Below are positions 7,464 to 16,528 of a stretch of DNA of 20,292 bases, one piece after another. Both the position numbers and the translations under genes were made by a program. The stretch's first letter is position 1, and every line of letters starts with the position of its first letter. A model generated the notes under the pieces. It was given only the letters and a program-made list of their open reading frames with translations, searched no databases and was not told where the DNA came from. This DNA is from Candidatus Eiseniibacteriota bacterium (lineage in GTDB: Bacteria; Eisenbacteria; RBG-16-71-46), in the NCBI GenBank assembly GCA_031364845.1, contig JANLWX010000212.1, forward strand, positions 1 through 20,292, written 5' to 3'.

Positions 7464-8581
7464 TCGTCGCGCACCTCGATACCGGCCGCGACTGGCGCGG
7501 GGGGCAGGCGCAGATCGCGCTGCTGTTGCGCGGGCTCGCCGCGTGCGGCGTGACTTCGGTGCTTGCCGCACCCGCGGGTCCGCTGCTCGAGCGCGCGCAC
7601 GCGGCGGGTTTCGAGACGCTCGACTGGAATCCGCGCGGCGATCTGGATCTGCCGGCGATGCTGCGCGCAGCGGCGTGGATCCGGCGCGTGCGCCCCGACG
7701 TCGTCCATCTGCACAGCGCGCGCGCGCATGCGCTCGGGGTTCCGGCGGCGCGCCTCGCCGGAACGCGGGCGGTGGTCGCGAGCCGGCGCGTGGTCGTCAT
7801 GCCGGGCCGCGATCCGTGGTCGCGACTCAAGTATCGGATGCCGGTCGAGCGCTGGCTGTGCGTCAGTGAAGCCGTGCGCTCGGTGATGCGCGCGGCGGGC
7901 GTTCCGGAGCGCACACTGCGCGTGGTCCCGAGCGGGATCGACCTCGAGGCGCTGCGTACCGCTGCGGCCGCCTCGCGGGATCGCGACGTGCGCGCCGAAT
8001 GCGGGATCCCGCCGGACGCGGTGCTGCTCGCGACGGTCGCATCGCTCACGGCCGAGAAGAATCACCCGATGCTGCTGCGGGTCGCCGGGCGCATGCGTGA
8101 GACACACCCAAACGTGCATCAACTCTGGCTCGGCGACGGACCGCTGCGCGCGGGGCTCGAGCGCGAACGCGAGCGGCTCGGACTCACGCGAACCGTGCAT
8201 CTGCTCGGCCGGCGCGACGATGTCGCGGCGTGGGTGGCCCCGGCAGCGGCCTTGCTCGTCGCCTCGCGTCACGAGGGCTTCTGCGGAGCCGCGGTCGAGG
8301 CGCAGGCGCTCGGCGTTCCGGTGATCGCGACCGACGTCGGCGGGCTGCCGGAGGTCGTGCTCGACGGCGTCACGGGAATGCTCGTGGGCGACGACGATGA
8401 CGCGGCCATGGCGACATCGATCATCCGGCTGATCGCCGATCCCGCGGCCCGTGCCGGGCTCGCGACCAGGGCTTCCGTGCATGCCGAGCAATTCTCGTTC
8501 GAACGCATGGCGGAACGCACGCTTTCAGCCTATCGAGAGGCCGCGCCGGTCGAAGATCGGGGGCGTCCGGGTGTTTCATGA
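7460..8581 (+). CDS. Glycosyltransferase family 4 (GT-B)
   Basis: TTG 7460 overlaps the previous stop. Motifs HLDTGRDWRGGQAQ, PDVVHLHS, CVSEAV, VPSGID, EKNH, GDGPLR, and an E-x7-E motif (EGFCGAAVE) followed by PVIATDVGGLPE. Confidence 0.92.
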   Translation: MIVAHLDTGRDWRGGQAQIALLLRGLAACGVTSVLAAPAGPLLERAHAAGFETLDWNPRGDLDLPAMLRAAAWIRRVRPDVVHLHSARAHALGVPAARLAGTRAVVASRRVVVMPGRDPWSRLKYRMPVERWLCVSEAVRSVMRAAGVPERTLRVVPSGIDLEALRTAAAASRDRDVRAECGIPPDAVLLATVASLTAEKNHPMLLRVAGRMRETHPNVHQLWLGDGPLRAGLERERERLGLTRTVHLLGRRDDVAAWVAPAAALLVASRHEGFCGAAVEAQALGVPVIATDVGGLPEVVLDGVTGMLVGDDDDAAMATSIIRLIADPAARAGLATRASVHAEQFSFERMAERTLSAYREAAPVEDRGRPGVS

Positions 8582-8729
8582 CGATTCATTTGTCCGTTCG
8601 GGGTATCTGATAGGGTGATTCGACGCTCGTGCGGTCTCGCGAACATGCCGCGGCGTCAATGTCGGCCCGGGACTTGCAGTTCACCCGATCGCCATGTGGC
8701 ACCCCGAAAGTCGGCGAAGACCCGAGCGC

Positions 8730-8758
8730 TTGACGCTCGGTAGTGCGGGCGTTAGCCT
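8730..8758 (+). promoter_or_regulatory. Putative sigma70-type promoter for rseP-tamAB
   Basis: TTGACG (8730-8735), 17-nt spacer, TAGCCT (8753-8758), 33 nt before the rseP start. SD-like TAAGGA at 8778-8783. Confidence 0.6.
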
Positions 8759-8791
8759 GCGTGAAGGCCTTAGCCCATAAGGATTTGACTT

Positions 8792-10204
8792 GTGCTCGTG
8801 AATGCCGTGTTGCCCGGTATCCTGCTGCTCGGGCTGGTGATTTTTGTGCATGAGCTTGGCCATTTTCTGATGGCCAAGTGGCGCGGTGTGCGCGTCCTGC
8901 GCTTCTCCTTGGGTTTCGGTCCGGCGCTCCTGTCGTTCACTCGCGGGGAGACCGAGTACCGGCTGTCCTGGATTCCACTCGGTGGCTATGTCCAGATGGC
9001 CGGCGACACCGTGGGCGAGGACGGCGAGTTGCCGGGCGGCCCGGACGAGTTCCTCTCGCATCCCTGGTTCGGCCGGATCCTGATCGCGGCCGCCGGTCCC
9101 GCGGCCAACCTGATCACCGCGACGCTCGTGATGATCCTGGTCGGTCTGATCGGCGTCTCGTATCCCGACTTCCCCAACCGCCTCGGTTCGATCGCCGACA
9201 CGAGTGCCGCGTACACGCACGGCCTGCGTTCGAACGACGCGATCGTCGGCGTGAACGGAACGCCGGTCGCGAGCTGGGTTCCGATCTTCGTCAACAACTC
9301 GAAAGTCCCGAACGACAAACCGATCGAACTCACGGTCGAACGCGGTTCGCAGCGCGAGACCTTCGTGATTCCTCCGGGCGACCGCGAGCCGGTGTTCTCC
9401 GGGCTGCGCCGTCCGCCGACACTGCCGGTGGTGGGTGCGGTGATCACGGGCATGCCGGCGTACAAGGCCGGGTTGAAGGAAGGGGACCGCGTCACCGCGG
9501 TCAACGGAAAAGAAATCAGCACGTGGGAGGAACTGCCTGCGTCGCTGCGCGGCACCGTCGACCAGAAAGTGCACCTGCGCGTCGAGCGCGGCGGACGCAC
9601 GTTCGACATCGATGTGGTCCCGATGAGCGCAGAGGCCGGTGGCGACAATGCGCGCATCGGCATCGAGCCGCCGCGCGAGGGCGCCTACGTCCAGCGCTTC
9701 GGCGTGCTCGAATCCGTGGAGATGGGCGTGCGCGCGACCGGCGCGCTGGTCGCCAACGTCTATGGCGGCATGTGGCTCACGGTTTCGCGACCGCTCTACT
9801 ATCGCGAATACGTCGGCGGCCCGTTGTTCATCGCGCAGGCTTCGAGCGAAGCCGCGCGCCGCGGCCTCGACTCGTATCTCCAGTTCCTCGCGATGATCAA
9901 CATCGCGATCATGGCGTTCAATCTGATGCCGCTGCCGATCCTGGACGGCGGCCACATCCTGCTTGCGCTGATCGAGGCGGTGCGCCGCCAGGCGATCTCG
10001 GCGCGCACGTACGTCCGCTTCCAGCAGTTCGGTCTCCTGATCATGGGCACACTGCTGGTGCTCATCCTCGCGAATGATCCCTGGCGTGTCGTCCAGCGCC
10101 AGCGCGCGATCGGCAAGGCGACGCCGCGCGTGGAGTCGGCACCCGCTCCCGCACCTCAGAATCCGGCTCCCGAGGAGAAGACGGTTGCCCCCACGCCGCC
10201 GTAG
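8792..10204 (+). CDS. rseP: RIP zinc metalloprotease RseP (site-2 protease, two PDZ domains)
   Basis: HELGH zinc motif, FSLGFGP, IPLGGYV, AGPAANL, two PDZ-like segments (GLRSNDAIVGVNG, PAYKAGLKEGDRVTAVNG), NLMPLPILDGGH. Confidence 0.97.
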   Translation: MLVNAVLPGILLLGLVIFVHELGHFLMAKWRGVRVLRFSLGFGPALLSFTRGETEYRLSWIPLGGYVQMAGDTVGEDGELPGGPDEFLSHPWFGRILIAAAGPAANLITATLVMILVGLIGVSYPDFPNRLGSIADTSAAYTHGLRSNDAIVGVNGTPVASWVPIFVNNSKVPNDKPIELTVERGSQRETFVIPPGDREPVFSGLRRPPTLPVVGAVITGMPAYKAGLKEGDRVTAVNGKEISTWEELPASLRGTVDQKVHLRVERGGRTFDIDVVPMSAEAGGDNARIGIEPPREGAYVQRFGVLESVEMGVRATGALVANVYGGMWLTVSRPLYYREYVGGPLFIAQASSEAARRGLDSYLQFLAMINIAIMAFNLMPLPILDGGHILLALIEAVRRQAISARTYVRFQQFGLLIMGTLLVLILANDPWRVVQRQRAIGKATPRVESAPAPAPQNPAPEEKTVAPTPP

Positions 10205-12251
10205 CGGACACGGAATCCCGGAAGCCCTGGACGGCGCATCGCCCTCATCGCGCCCGCCCGTTTCGCGCCATCGCGACTCCCTCGTTCTCCTCTGCCGCGG
10301 ACCGCTCGGTCCGCGGTTCGGCGTTGTTCCCCGGACGATCCTCGCTTTGGCCGCCGTGTGTGTGGTGCTGCTCATGGGTCCTCGCGGGGCGCACGCCGCG
10401 GATCTGCCGACCGAGCTGACGACGGTCGCCGAAGTGAAGTTCGAAGGACGTCACGCGGTCCGGCCGAAGGAATTGCGCGCGGCGATCAAGACCCGCAACA
10501 GCTCGCGCATCCTGTTCCGCGAGCGCCCGCTGCTGAGGCTCGACTTCCTGCGCGCCGACACGGTGGCGATCGAGAACGTGTATCACCAGCATGGATATCT
10601 CGACGCGCGCGCCACCTACCGGCTGAGTCCGGCCAAGGATCCGTCGCAGGTGATCGTCACGTTCGTGATCGAGGAGGGGCGGCGCACGAAGATCGGGCGC
10701 GTCGATCTGGTGGGTGTCACCGTCATGCCCGCGGATCCATTGCGACGCAAGCTGTTCGCACGGCCCGGCAAACCCTTCAATCCCTATTTCCTTCCGGCCG
10801 ACACGCTGAAGATCGCCGAGGCCTACCGGGATCGTGGTTACTTCCCGCTGGTTGCGGCCTCGACTCAACGCGACTCGGCGGCCGCGATCGGCGTGCGCTA
10901 CGACGTGACGGAGGGCGCGCGATTCCACTACGGCGACGTGCGCCTCACGAACCTCGATCAGCTCACCGTGAGCGAGCATTTCGTGCGCCGTGAACTGCTG
11001 CTGCGCCCCGGTGCCGTCTATCGTTCGACCCGCGTGGAGGAGACGATCCAGCGGCTGTACGAGACCGGCGTGTTCAGCCAGGTCCAGCTCACCTCGCTGA
11101 TCGATTCGACCGCGACCCGCGTCGAGTTCGATCTCGCGTTGCGCGAACGCAAGCCGCGCTGGGTCGACGCCGGCATCGGCAGCGGAACCTCGGAACGACT
11201 GCTCGCGACCGGCGAGTGGGGGCATCGCAATCTTCTGCACCGCGGGATGCAGGGCAAGCTCGCGGGACGGCTGGCACTCGATGGCCAGGCGCGATTCCTA
11301 CTGTCGCGCATCGAGGCGTCGCTGCTCGAACCGTGGATGTTCGCGACCCGCACGCGCGGGCTCCTGACGGTCTACCACGAGACGCGTCACGAGCGGGATC
11401 CGAAGCGTCTGATCGAGAACGAGGCCGAGGGCGTCAGCTTCCAGGTGCAGCGCCGGCTCGGCCGCTACGCGCGGATCTCCCTCACGCAGGACAACACGTT
11501 CGTGCGCCAGGACCAGACGTTCATCGATCCGGCGCTCAGCGATTCCGAGCGCACGGTGCTGAACCGGGACATCACGCCGCGCTTCACGACGCATCGGATC
11601 CAGTTGAGCGCCGATCGCGACACGCGCGACAATCCGATCCAGGTGACCCGCGGGTCGTATCAGACCGTGTCGTCGGAAATCGCGGGCGGACCGTTCCGTG
11701 GTACGTCGAGCTTCACCAAGCACGAATTCTCCTCGGCGTGGTACACGGCGCTGACGCCGGTGCTCCTGATCGCGACCCGCCTGCGCGGCGGGGTCATCAC
11801 GCCGTATGGCAAGGTCGTCTTGTTCTCGAACGAGCCCAATGTCGATCCCGAGGTCGCGCGGGTCCCGGTGCTCGACCGGTTCAAGATCGGCGGGGTGAAC
11901 TCACTGCGCGGTTATGCGGAGAACGATCTGCCATTGAACGGCGGTCTCGTACTGTTGCAGGGCAACGTCGAGTTGCGCGCTCAGCTCTATGGGCCGTTCG
12001 GAGCCGAAGTGTTCGTCGACGCCGGAAATGTGTGGGCGCGACGTGATGGTGTGCGCCGCGCCCGTTTCGCGCCCGAGATCAGCGGCCGCTTCATGACGCC
12101 CGACGACGTGCGCTGGGTGTTCGGCTTCGGGCCGCGCCTGCAGCTTCCCTTCGGTCCACTGCGTCTCGACTACACATGGTGGGCGCGGCCCGATGAGACC
12201 GGCAAGCGCCAGCGCGGCATCTATCAGTTCGCGATCGGGTCCTCGTTCTGA
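10185..12251 (+). CDS. TamA/BamA-family (Omp85) outer-membrane protein with about three POTRA domains
   Basis: Signal-like segment ending AHA-A; POTRA-like motifs (YHQHGYLDA, YRDRGYF, RLYETGVFSQV); barrel lid motif GGVNSLRGY; FVDAGNVW; terminal beta-signal YQFAIGSSF. The start TTG 10185 is inferred from SD GAGGAG at 10172-10177 and is uncertain. Confidence 0.9.
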   Translation: MPPRRRSGHGIPEALDGASPSSRPPVSRHRDSLVLLCRGPLGPRFGVVPRTILALAAVCVVLLMGPRGAHAADLPTELTTVAEVKFEGRHAVRPKELRAAIKTRNSSRILFRERPLLRLDFLRADTVAIENVYHQHGYLDARATYRLSPAKDPSQVIVTFVIEEGRRTKIGRVDLVGVTVMPADPLRRKLFARPGKPFNPYFLPADTLKIAEAYRDRGYFPLVAASTQRDSAAAIGVRYDVTEGARFHYGDVRLTNLDQLTVSEHFVRRELLLRPGAVYRSTRVEETIQRLYETGVFSQVQLTSLIDSTATRVEFDLALRERKPRWVDAGIGSGTSERLLATGEWGHRNLLHRGMQGKLAGRLALDGQARFLLSRIEASLLEPWMFATRTRGLLTVYHETRHERDPKRLIENEAEGVSFQVQRRLGRYARISLTQDNTFVRQDQTFIDPALSDSERTVLNRDITPRFTTHRIQLSADRDTRDNPIQVTRGSYQTVSSEIAGGPFRGTSSFTKHEFSSAWYTALTPVLLIATRLRGGVITPYGKVVLFSNEPNVDPEVARVPVLDRFKIGGVNSLRGYAENDLPLNGGLVLLQGNVELRAQLYGPFGAEVFVDAGNVWARRDGVRRARFAPEISGRFMTPDDVRWVFGFGPRLQLPFGPLRLDYTWWARPDETGKRQRGIYQFAIGSSF

Positions 12252-15200
12252 TGACCGGCCCCGATCCGCGCGAGCCGGGGAAGCTCCCCGACGATCCCGG
12301 CGATCCGCAGCACGGAATCGTCGAGGAACTGCGCCACGAGGTTTCGGAACTCCGCGAGGGTATCGAGCACGCGGTCGAAGAAGCGGTCGAGCACGTTCCG
12401 AAACCGGTGCGCTGGACGGTGCGCAAGCTGGTGATGATCGCCGCCCTGGCGTTGGTGGGGCTCATCGTGCTCGCGATCGTGTCGGCGCTGCTCTACTTCG
12501 CGAACCGCACCGAACTGGTCGCGCATGAACTGACGCTGCTGCTGAACGGCGCCCTGTCGAGTCGCAGCGACGTCCAGATCGAGATCGGGGACATCAGCGG
12601 CAATCCGTTTCGCCACGTGCGGATCATCAACGCGCGCGTGAAGTTCTTGGACGGCGACGCGCCGATGCTGCTCGAGGCCCCGTGGATCGAACTGCGCTAC
12701 ACGCCGCTCCAGTGGCTGAGGCCGCAGCGGCGGACCATCGACATCGTGATCGAGAAGCCGGTCATCCGTATCTCGCGCGACGGCAAGGGCAAGCTGCGTC
12801 TGCCCGTGTGGCGCGCCGCCGGGAAGCCTGCCCGCGAGCCGTCGGACTTCGACGTGCGGCTGCGCGTGCGCGACGGCTCGGTCATGGTCGCCGGCCCGGT
12901 GACGCCGGTGCGCGGGATGCAGCTGCACGCGACCGCATCGATCGGGCGCGCGTCGCGCGCGGAGATCGTGCGCCTGAGCTGGCTCGACGGCCCGTTCGCC
13001 ACGCGCCATCTCGAGCTGTCCGGCCGCGCGGATGCCGGCGACTCGGTGCACATCGAGTTGAGCCGCATGCGCACCGACGATCTCGCACTGACCGGGCGCG
13101 CGGTGTGGAAGAAGGGCAAGGACGAGCGGCAGATCGATCTCGACATCGGGCACCTGCCGTGGAAGTGGCTCGCCGAGGTGACGGGAAACAAGTCGTTCGA
13201 TGTCGAGGGCGAAGCGCGCGGCACCGTGTCCGCGCGCGGCTACCGCACGTGGGATGCGGGATTCGCGAACGACATCGTGTGGAAGGATCTCGGTGGCCAC
13301 GCCAGCGGTCGCGCCCGCTGGGACGGTGGCGTGCTCAAGCTGACGCCGCTCACGGTGGTGTCGAAGGCGGGTCACCTCGAAGGCGACGTCGGATGGTCGC
13401 GCGCGGGATGGAACGTCGGCGGTGCGGTCGAGCACGGAGATCCTCAAAGATGGGGAGCGTTCGGAGTCGAAGGCTGGCCCGAAGGTGACGTCAAAGGCAC
13501 GTTCCGCTATGCGGTCGACACGCGCCGCCGCGAGTCCTCGGCAGCGCTCACCGCGCGTCTCGAAAATTCGATGCTCGCGGGCTGGCGCGTGGACGCGGGC
13601 ACGGTCGACGTCCAGTTCCCGGCGGTCGGACCCGACAGCTTCCATGTCGATGCCACGCGGCGCGGAGGAACCTTTGCGCTGCGCGGGCTGACGGTCGCCG
13701 ACGGCTGGAAGGGGACGTATCGCGTCGCCGACTTCCCGTTGGACGAATGGCCCGACGGGCGCGCATCCGGAATCTCGGGCACGATGTCGCGCGGCGAGGG
13801 CACGGTCGAAGGGCGCGATGGCGGGCTGTTCGTCACTGGCGATCTCAATGGAACTTCGACCAAGTGGCTCGGCATGGAGGGCGCGCGCTGGACGCTGAAC
13901 GGGCTCGATGGCGCATTGCTGCCGCAGCCGGATCTGGTCGCGCGCGCGCGCCTCGACGACGTGATGTTCCTCGGCATCCATTTCGACAGCGTCGCGACGC
14001 CGTTCACGCTCGGCGACCGCACGGTGGCGCTCGAAGATGTGCGCGCCATGGCCGGCGACACGCTGATGACGATGGCGGGCTCCGCCGACTGGGATGCCGG
14101 GTCGTGGCGCCTCGGGCTCGATCGCGCTTCGGCCGTGAGCAGCCAGTTCGCGTGGACGGCGACGCCCCCGGTGCGGTTTTCGGGCGATGCGCACGGTGTG
14201 ACGTTCGAGCGGCTGGTCGCGCGCGACGGCGACGCCTCGCTCGCCATCAACGGACGATGGGCGGCTCCGGGTGGCAGCTATGACTGGACCGGACGCGCCG
14301 AGGGCCTGGACCTGGGGCGGCTCGGCTTGCCGGTCGAACTCCAGCTCTCGGGACGCGCCAATGCGCTGCTGCGCATCAGCGGCGTTGCGGGTGATCCGCG
14401 CTGGACGCTCGCAGGGACGGCATCCCACCCGGGCTGGCAGGGGCATGCGGCGGATTCGATCGTGCTCGATCTCGCGGGGCGTCCGAATCAACTCGAAGTG
14501 CGCCGTGGCGTGTTCCGGCTGGGTTCGGGCACGGCCGAGGGCTCGCTCGCCTTCGAAGGAATGGCGCGCGCGTGGCCCGACACGCTCACCCCGCTCGGCG
14601 TGCAGCAGTGGCTGACCCAGGCGTCGCGCTGGAAAGGGGAGGTGCGCGCCACGGCGCTTCCGCTCGATGAACTGCGCGAGCTGGTGCCGGCGGCGCGTGA
14701 GTGGTCGGGCCTGGTCGGCGGGCGCATCGACATCAACGGCAGCCCGAAGGACCCGGTGCTCGACCTCGATCTCGCGGCGAAGCCATTGCGCTGGAACACG
14801 GTCGATGCGGACGAGCTGAAAGTTCAGGCGCGCTATCGCGCGGGCCGGCTCGACGTGCCCGAGTTGCGCATGCTGCGAGGCGGGCGGGAGTCGCTCGCTT
14901 CGGGATACATGCCTTTGAAGCTTGCGATGGGCTCGAATCCTGAAGTCCCGGAGACGCCGATGGAGTGGAAGGTGGACATCGCCAAAGGCGATCTCTCGAT
15001 CTTCGGTGTGCTCGCCCCGCAGCTCGGATCTGCGGCCGGCACTTACGAGTTGAAGGCGAACGTCCGCGGCACGCCGCGGCATCCGGACCTGGACGGAACG
15101 ATGAAGGTGCGCGACGGGATCATGCGCATGGCCGGTCGCACGGAATTGTTCGAAGGGGTGTCCGCGGACATCCGGCTCGACGAGTCGAGGATCACGATCG

Positions 15201-16321
15201 ACACGCTGACCGCGCGTCAGGGCGAGCGCGGGCGCGTGCGCGCGAGCGGGTCCGTGGAACTCGCGGGCGGCGGTCTCAAGGGCTACCAGTTCCGCATCGA
15301 CGGCACCGAGCTCACGACCACCGAACCCGGAATGTATGCTGCGGTGTTCGACGGCGCCTTCACCGTGTCCGATGGACCGGTGGTCCACGGCCAGCGGCTG
15401 CCGTTCGTGGCTGGGAACGTCGTGGTGCGGCGGGCGGTGATCCTCTACGACTTCGCGAACGTGAGCGAGACCGAGGTGGTCGCACAGAGCGCGGCTCCGC
15501 TCTACTGGACGTACCGCATCAACGTCGAGGCCGACAACAACGTGCGCTGGCAGCCGCCCGACGGCGACATCGAATTCAGCATCAACTTGAACGTCGAACA
15601 GCGGCCGGACGCGCTGCTGATCTACGGGGACATGCGCGCACTGCGCGGCACGTACTACTTCCTGAGCAACCGGTTCACCGTGAACCGCGCGGACCTCACG
15701 TTCGACAATGTCTCCGGCGTGAATCCGGTGATCGACGCCGAGGCCACCACGCGGGTGAAGTCGGATGACAGTCCGCCTATTGATGTCGACATCAAGGTCG
15801 TGATCCAGGGCCGCGCGAAGGAACCGGTGATCGCGCTCAGCAGTGTGCCCGATATCTACGATCAACCCGAGATCCTGAAGCAGATCACGGTCGGACGCTT
15901 CGTGGACAAGAACGGCGGCCCGCTCGGAGACCCGGTCGACAACTATATCTCGCGCGCGATCAACCGCACGCTGTCATCGGAGTTGTCGCGCGCGTTTCGC
16001 GGCTACATCAGTGAATGGCAGATCGATCGCGAGCGCGGCGGGTTGTTCGCCGGCGAGGGTGGTCTGATCGTCGGGCTCGGAACCCAGGTCACGCCCAAGC
16101 TGTCGTTGCGCTACCGCCAGAGCGTGCCGGGGCTCGGTCGTTCCGCCTCGGCGAGCGATGCGAGCCTGGGTTCGCTCGAGCGCGACATCGAGGCCGAGTA
16201 CCGGCTCAGCCGCTTCATCTTCGTGACGACCGAAGTCATCCAGAGAAAGCCCGGCTCGGCGACCCGTGCGATCGGGGGACCGGACATCAACGTGAACCTG
16301 AAAGCCCGGTGGGAGTATTGA
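12251..16321 (+). CDS. tamB: Translocation/assembly module TamB-like protein (AsmA-like, C-terminal DUF490-type region)
   Basis: 1356 aa, one N-terminal TM anchor, long Gly-rich amphipathic beta-strand repeats (e.g. NGSPKDPVLD, RGTPRHPDLDG). C-terminal region GTYYFLSNRF...NPVIDAEA...IEAEYRLSR...LKARWEY. TGATG coupling to the upstream Omp85 gene. Confidence 0.85.
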   Translation: MTGPDPREPGKLPDDPGDPQHGIVEELRHEVSELREGIEHAVEEAVEHVPKPVRWTVRKLVMIAALALVGLIVLAIVSALLYFANRTELVAHELTLLLNGALSSRSDVQIEIGDISGNPFRHVRIINARVKFLDGDAPMLLEAPWIELRYTPLQWLRPQRRTIDIVIEKPVIRISRDGKGKLRLPVWRAAGKPAREPSDFDVRLRVRDGSVMVAGPVTPVRGMQLHATASIGRASRAEIVRLSWLDGPFATRHLELSGRADAGDSVHIELSRMRTDDLALTGRAVWKKGKDERQIDLDIGHLPWKWLAEVTGNKSFDVEGEARGTVSARGYRTWDAGFANDIVWKDLGGHASGRARWDGGVLKLTPLTVVSKAGHLEGDVGWSRAGWNVGGAVEHGDPQRWGAFGVEGWPEGDVKGTFRYAVDTRRRESSAALTARLENSMLAGWRVDAGTVDVQFPAVGPDSFHVDATRRGGTFALRGLTVADGWKGTYRVADFPLDEWPDGRASGISGTMSRGEGTVEGRDGGLFVTGDLNGTSTKWLGMEGARWTLNGLDGALLPQPDLVARARLDDVMFLGIHFDSVATPFTLGDRTVALEDVRAMAGDTLMTMAGSADWDAGSWRLGLDRASAVSSQFAWTATPPVRFSGDAHGVTFERLVARDGDASLAINGRWAAPGGSYDWTGRAEGLDLGRLGLPVELQLSGRANALLRISGVAGDPRWTLAGTASHPGWQGHAADSIVLDLAGRPNQLEVRRGVFRLGSGTAEGSLAFEGMARAWPDTLTPLGVQQWLTQASRWKGEVRATALPLDELRELVPAAREWSGLVGGRIDINGSPKDPVLDLDLAAKPLRWNTVDADELKVQARYRAGRLDVPELRMLRGGRESLASGYMPLKLAMGSNPEVPETPMEWKVDIAKGDLSIFGVLAPQLGSAAGTYELKANVRGTPRHPDLDGTMKVRDGIMRMAGRTELFEGVSADIRLDESRITIDTLTARQGERGRVRASGSVELAGGGLKGYQFRIDGTELTTTEPGMYAAVFDGAFTVSDGPVVHGQRLPFVAGNVVVRRAVILYDFANVSETEVVAQSAAPLYWTYRINVEADNNVRWQPPDGDIEFSINLNVEQRPDALLIYGDMRALRGTYYFLSNRFTVNRADLTFDNVSGVNPVIDAEATTRVKSDDSPPIDVDIKVVIQGRAKEPVIALSSVPDIYDQPEILKQITVGRFVDKNGGPLGDPVDNYISRAINRTLSSELSRAFRGYISEWQIDRERGGLFAGEGGLIVGLGTQVTPKLSLRYRQSVPGLGRSASASDASLGSLERDIEAEYRLSRFIFVTTEVIQRKPGSATRAIGGPDINVNLKARWEY

Positions 16322-16528
16322 GCCGCACGTGCGGGAGGACGGCGAGCCCCGTGTCTTCCGGGGGCCGTGGCCATTGACGGCGAGCCCCTCACGACGGTCG
16401 CAAACCGTGCCGAAACCCGGAATGGGAACCGTCTGCGGGGCATCGGTGTTATCCTGATGCGGCACCGGCCGGGCACGCATGATCCACAGGCCTTGAACAG
16501 GCCTCCGGGACAAGAGAGGAACACGGGT

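Noticed and set aside
10185..12251. Calling this gene bamA
   Set aside because: At ~690 aa with about three POTRA-like units and direct coupling to tamB, it fits TamA better. The symbol is left blank without a phylogeny.
12224..15865. 1213-aa minus-strand ORF, and similar long antisense ORFs at 17444-19897, 8681-10375, 15974-17404 and 6258-7571
   Set aside because: These are antisense shadows of well-supported + strand genes. They are Arg/His/Ala-rich with no motifs, as expected in high-GC DNA.
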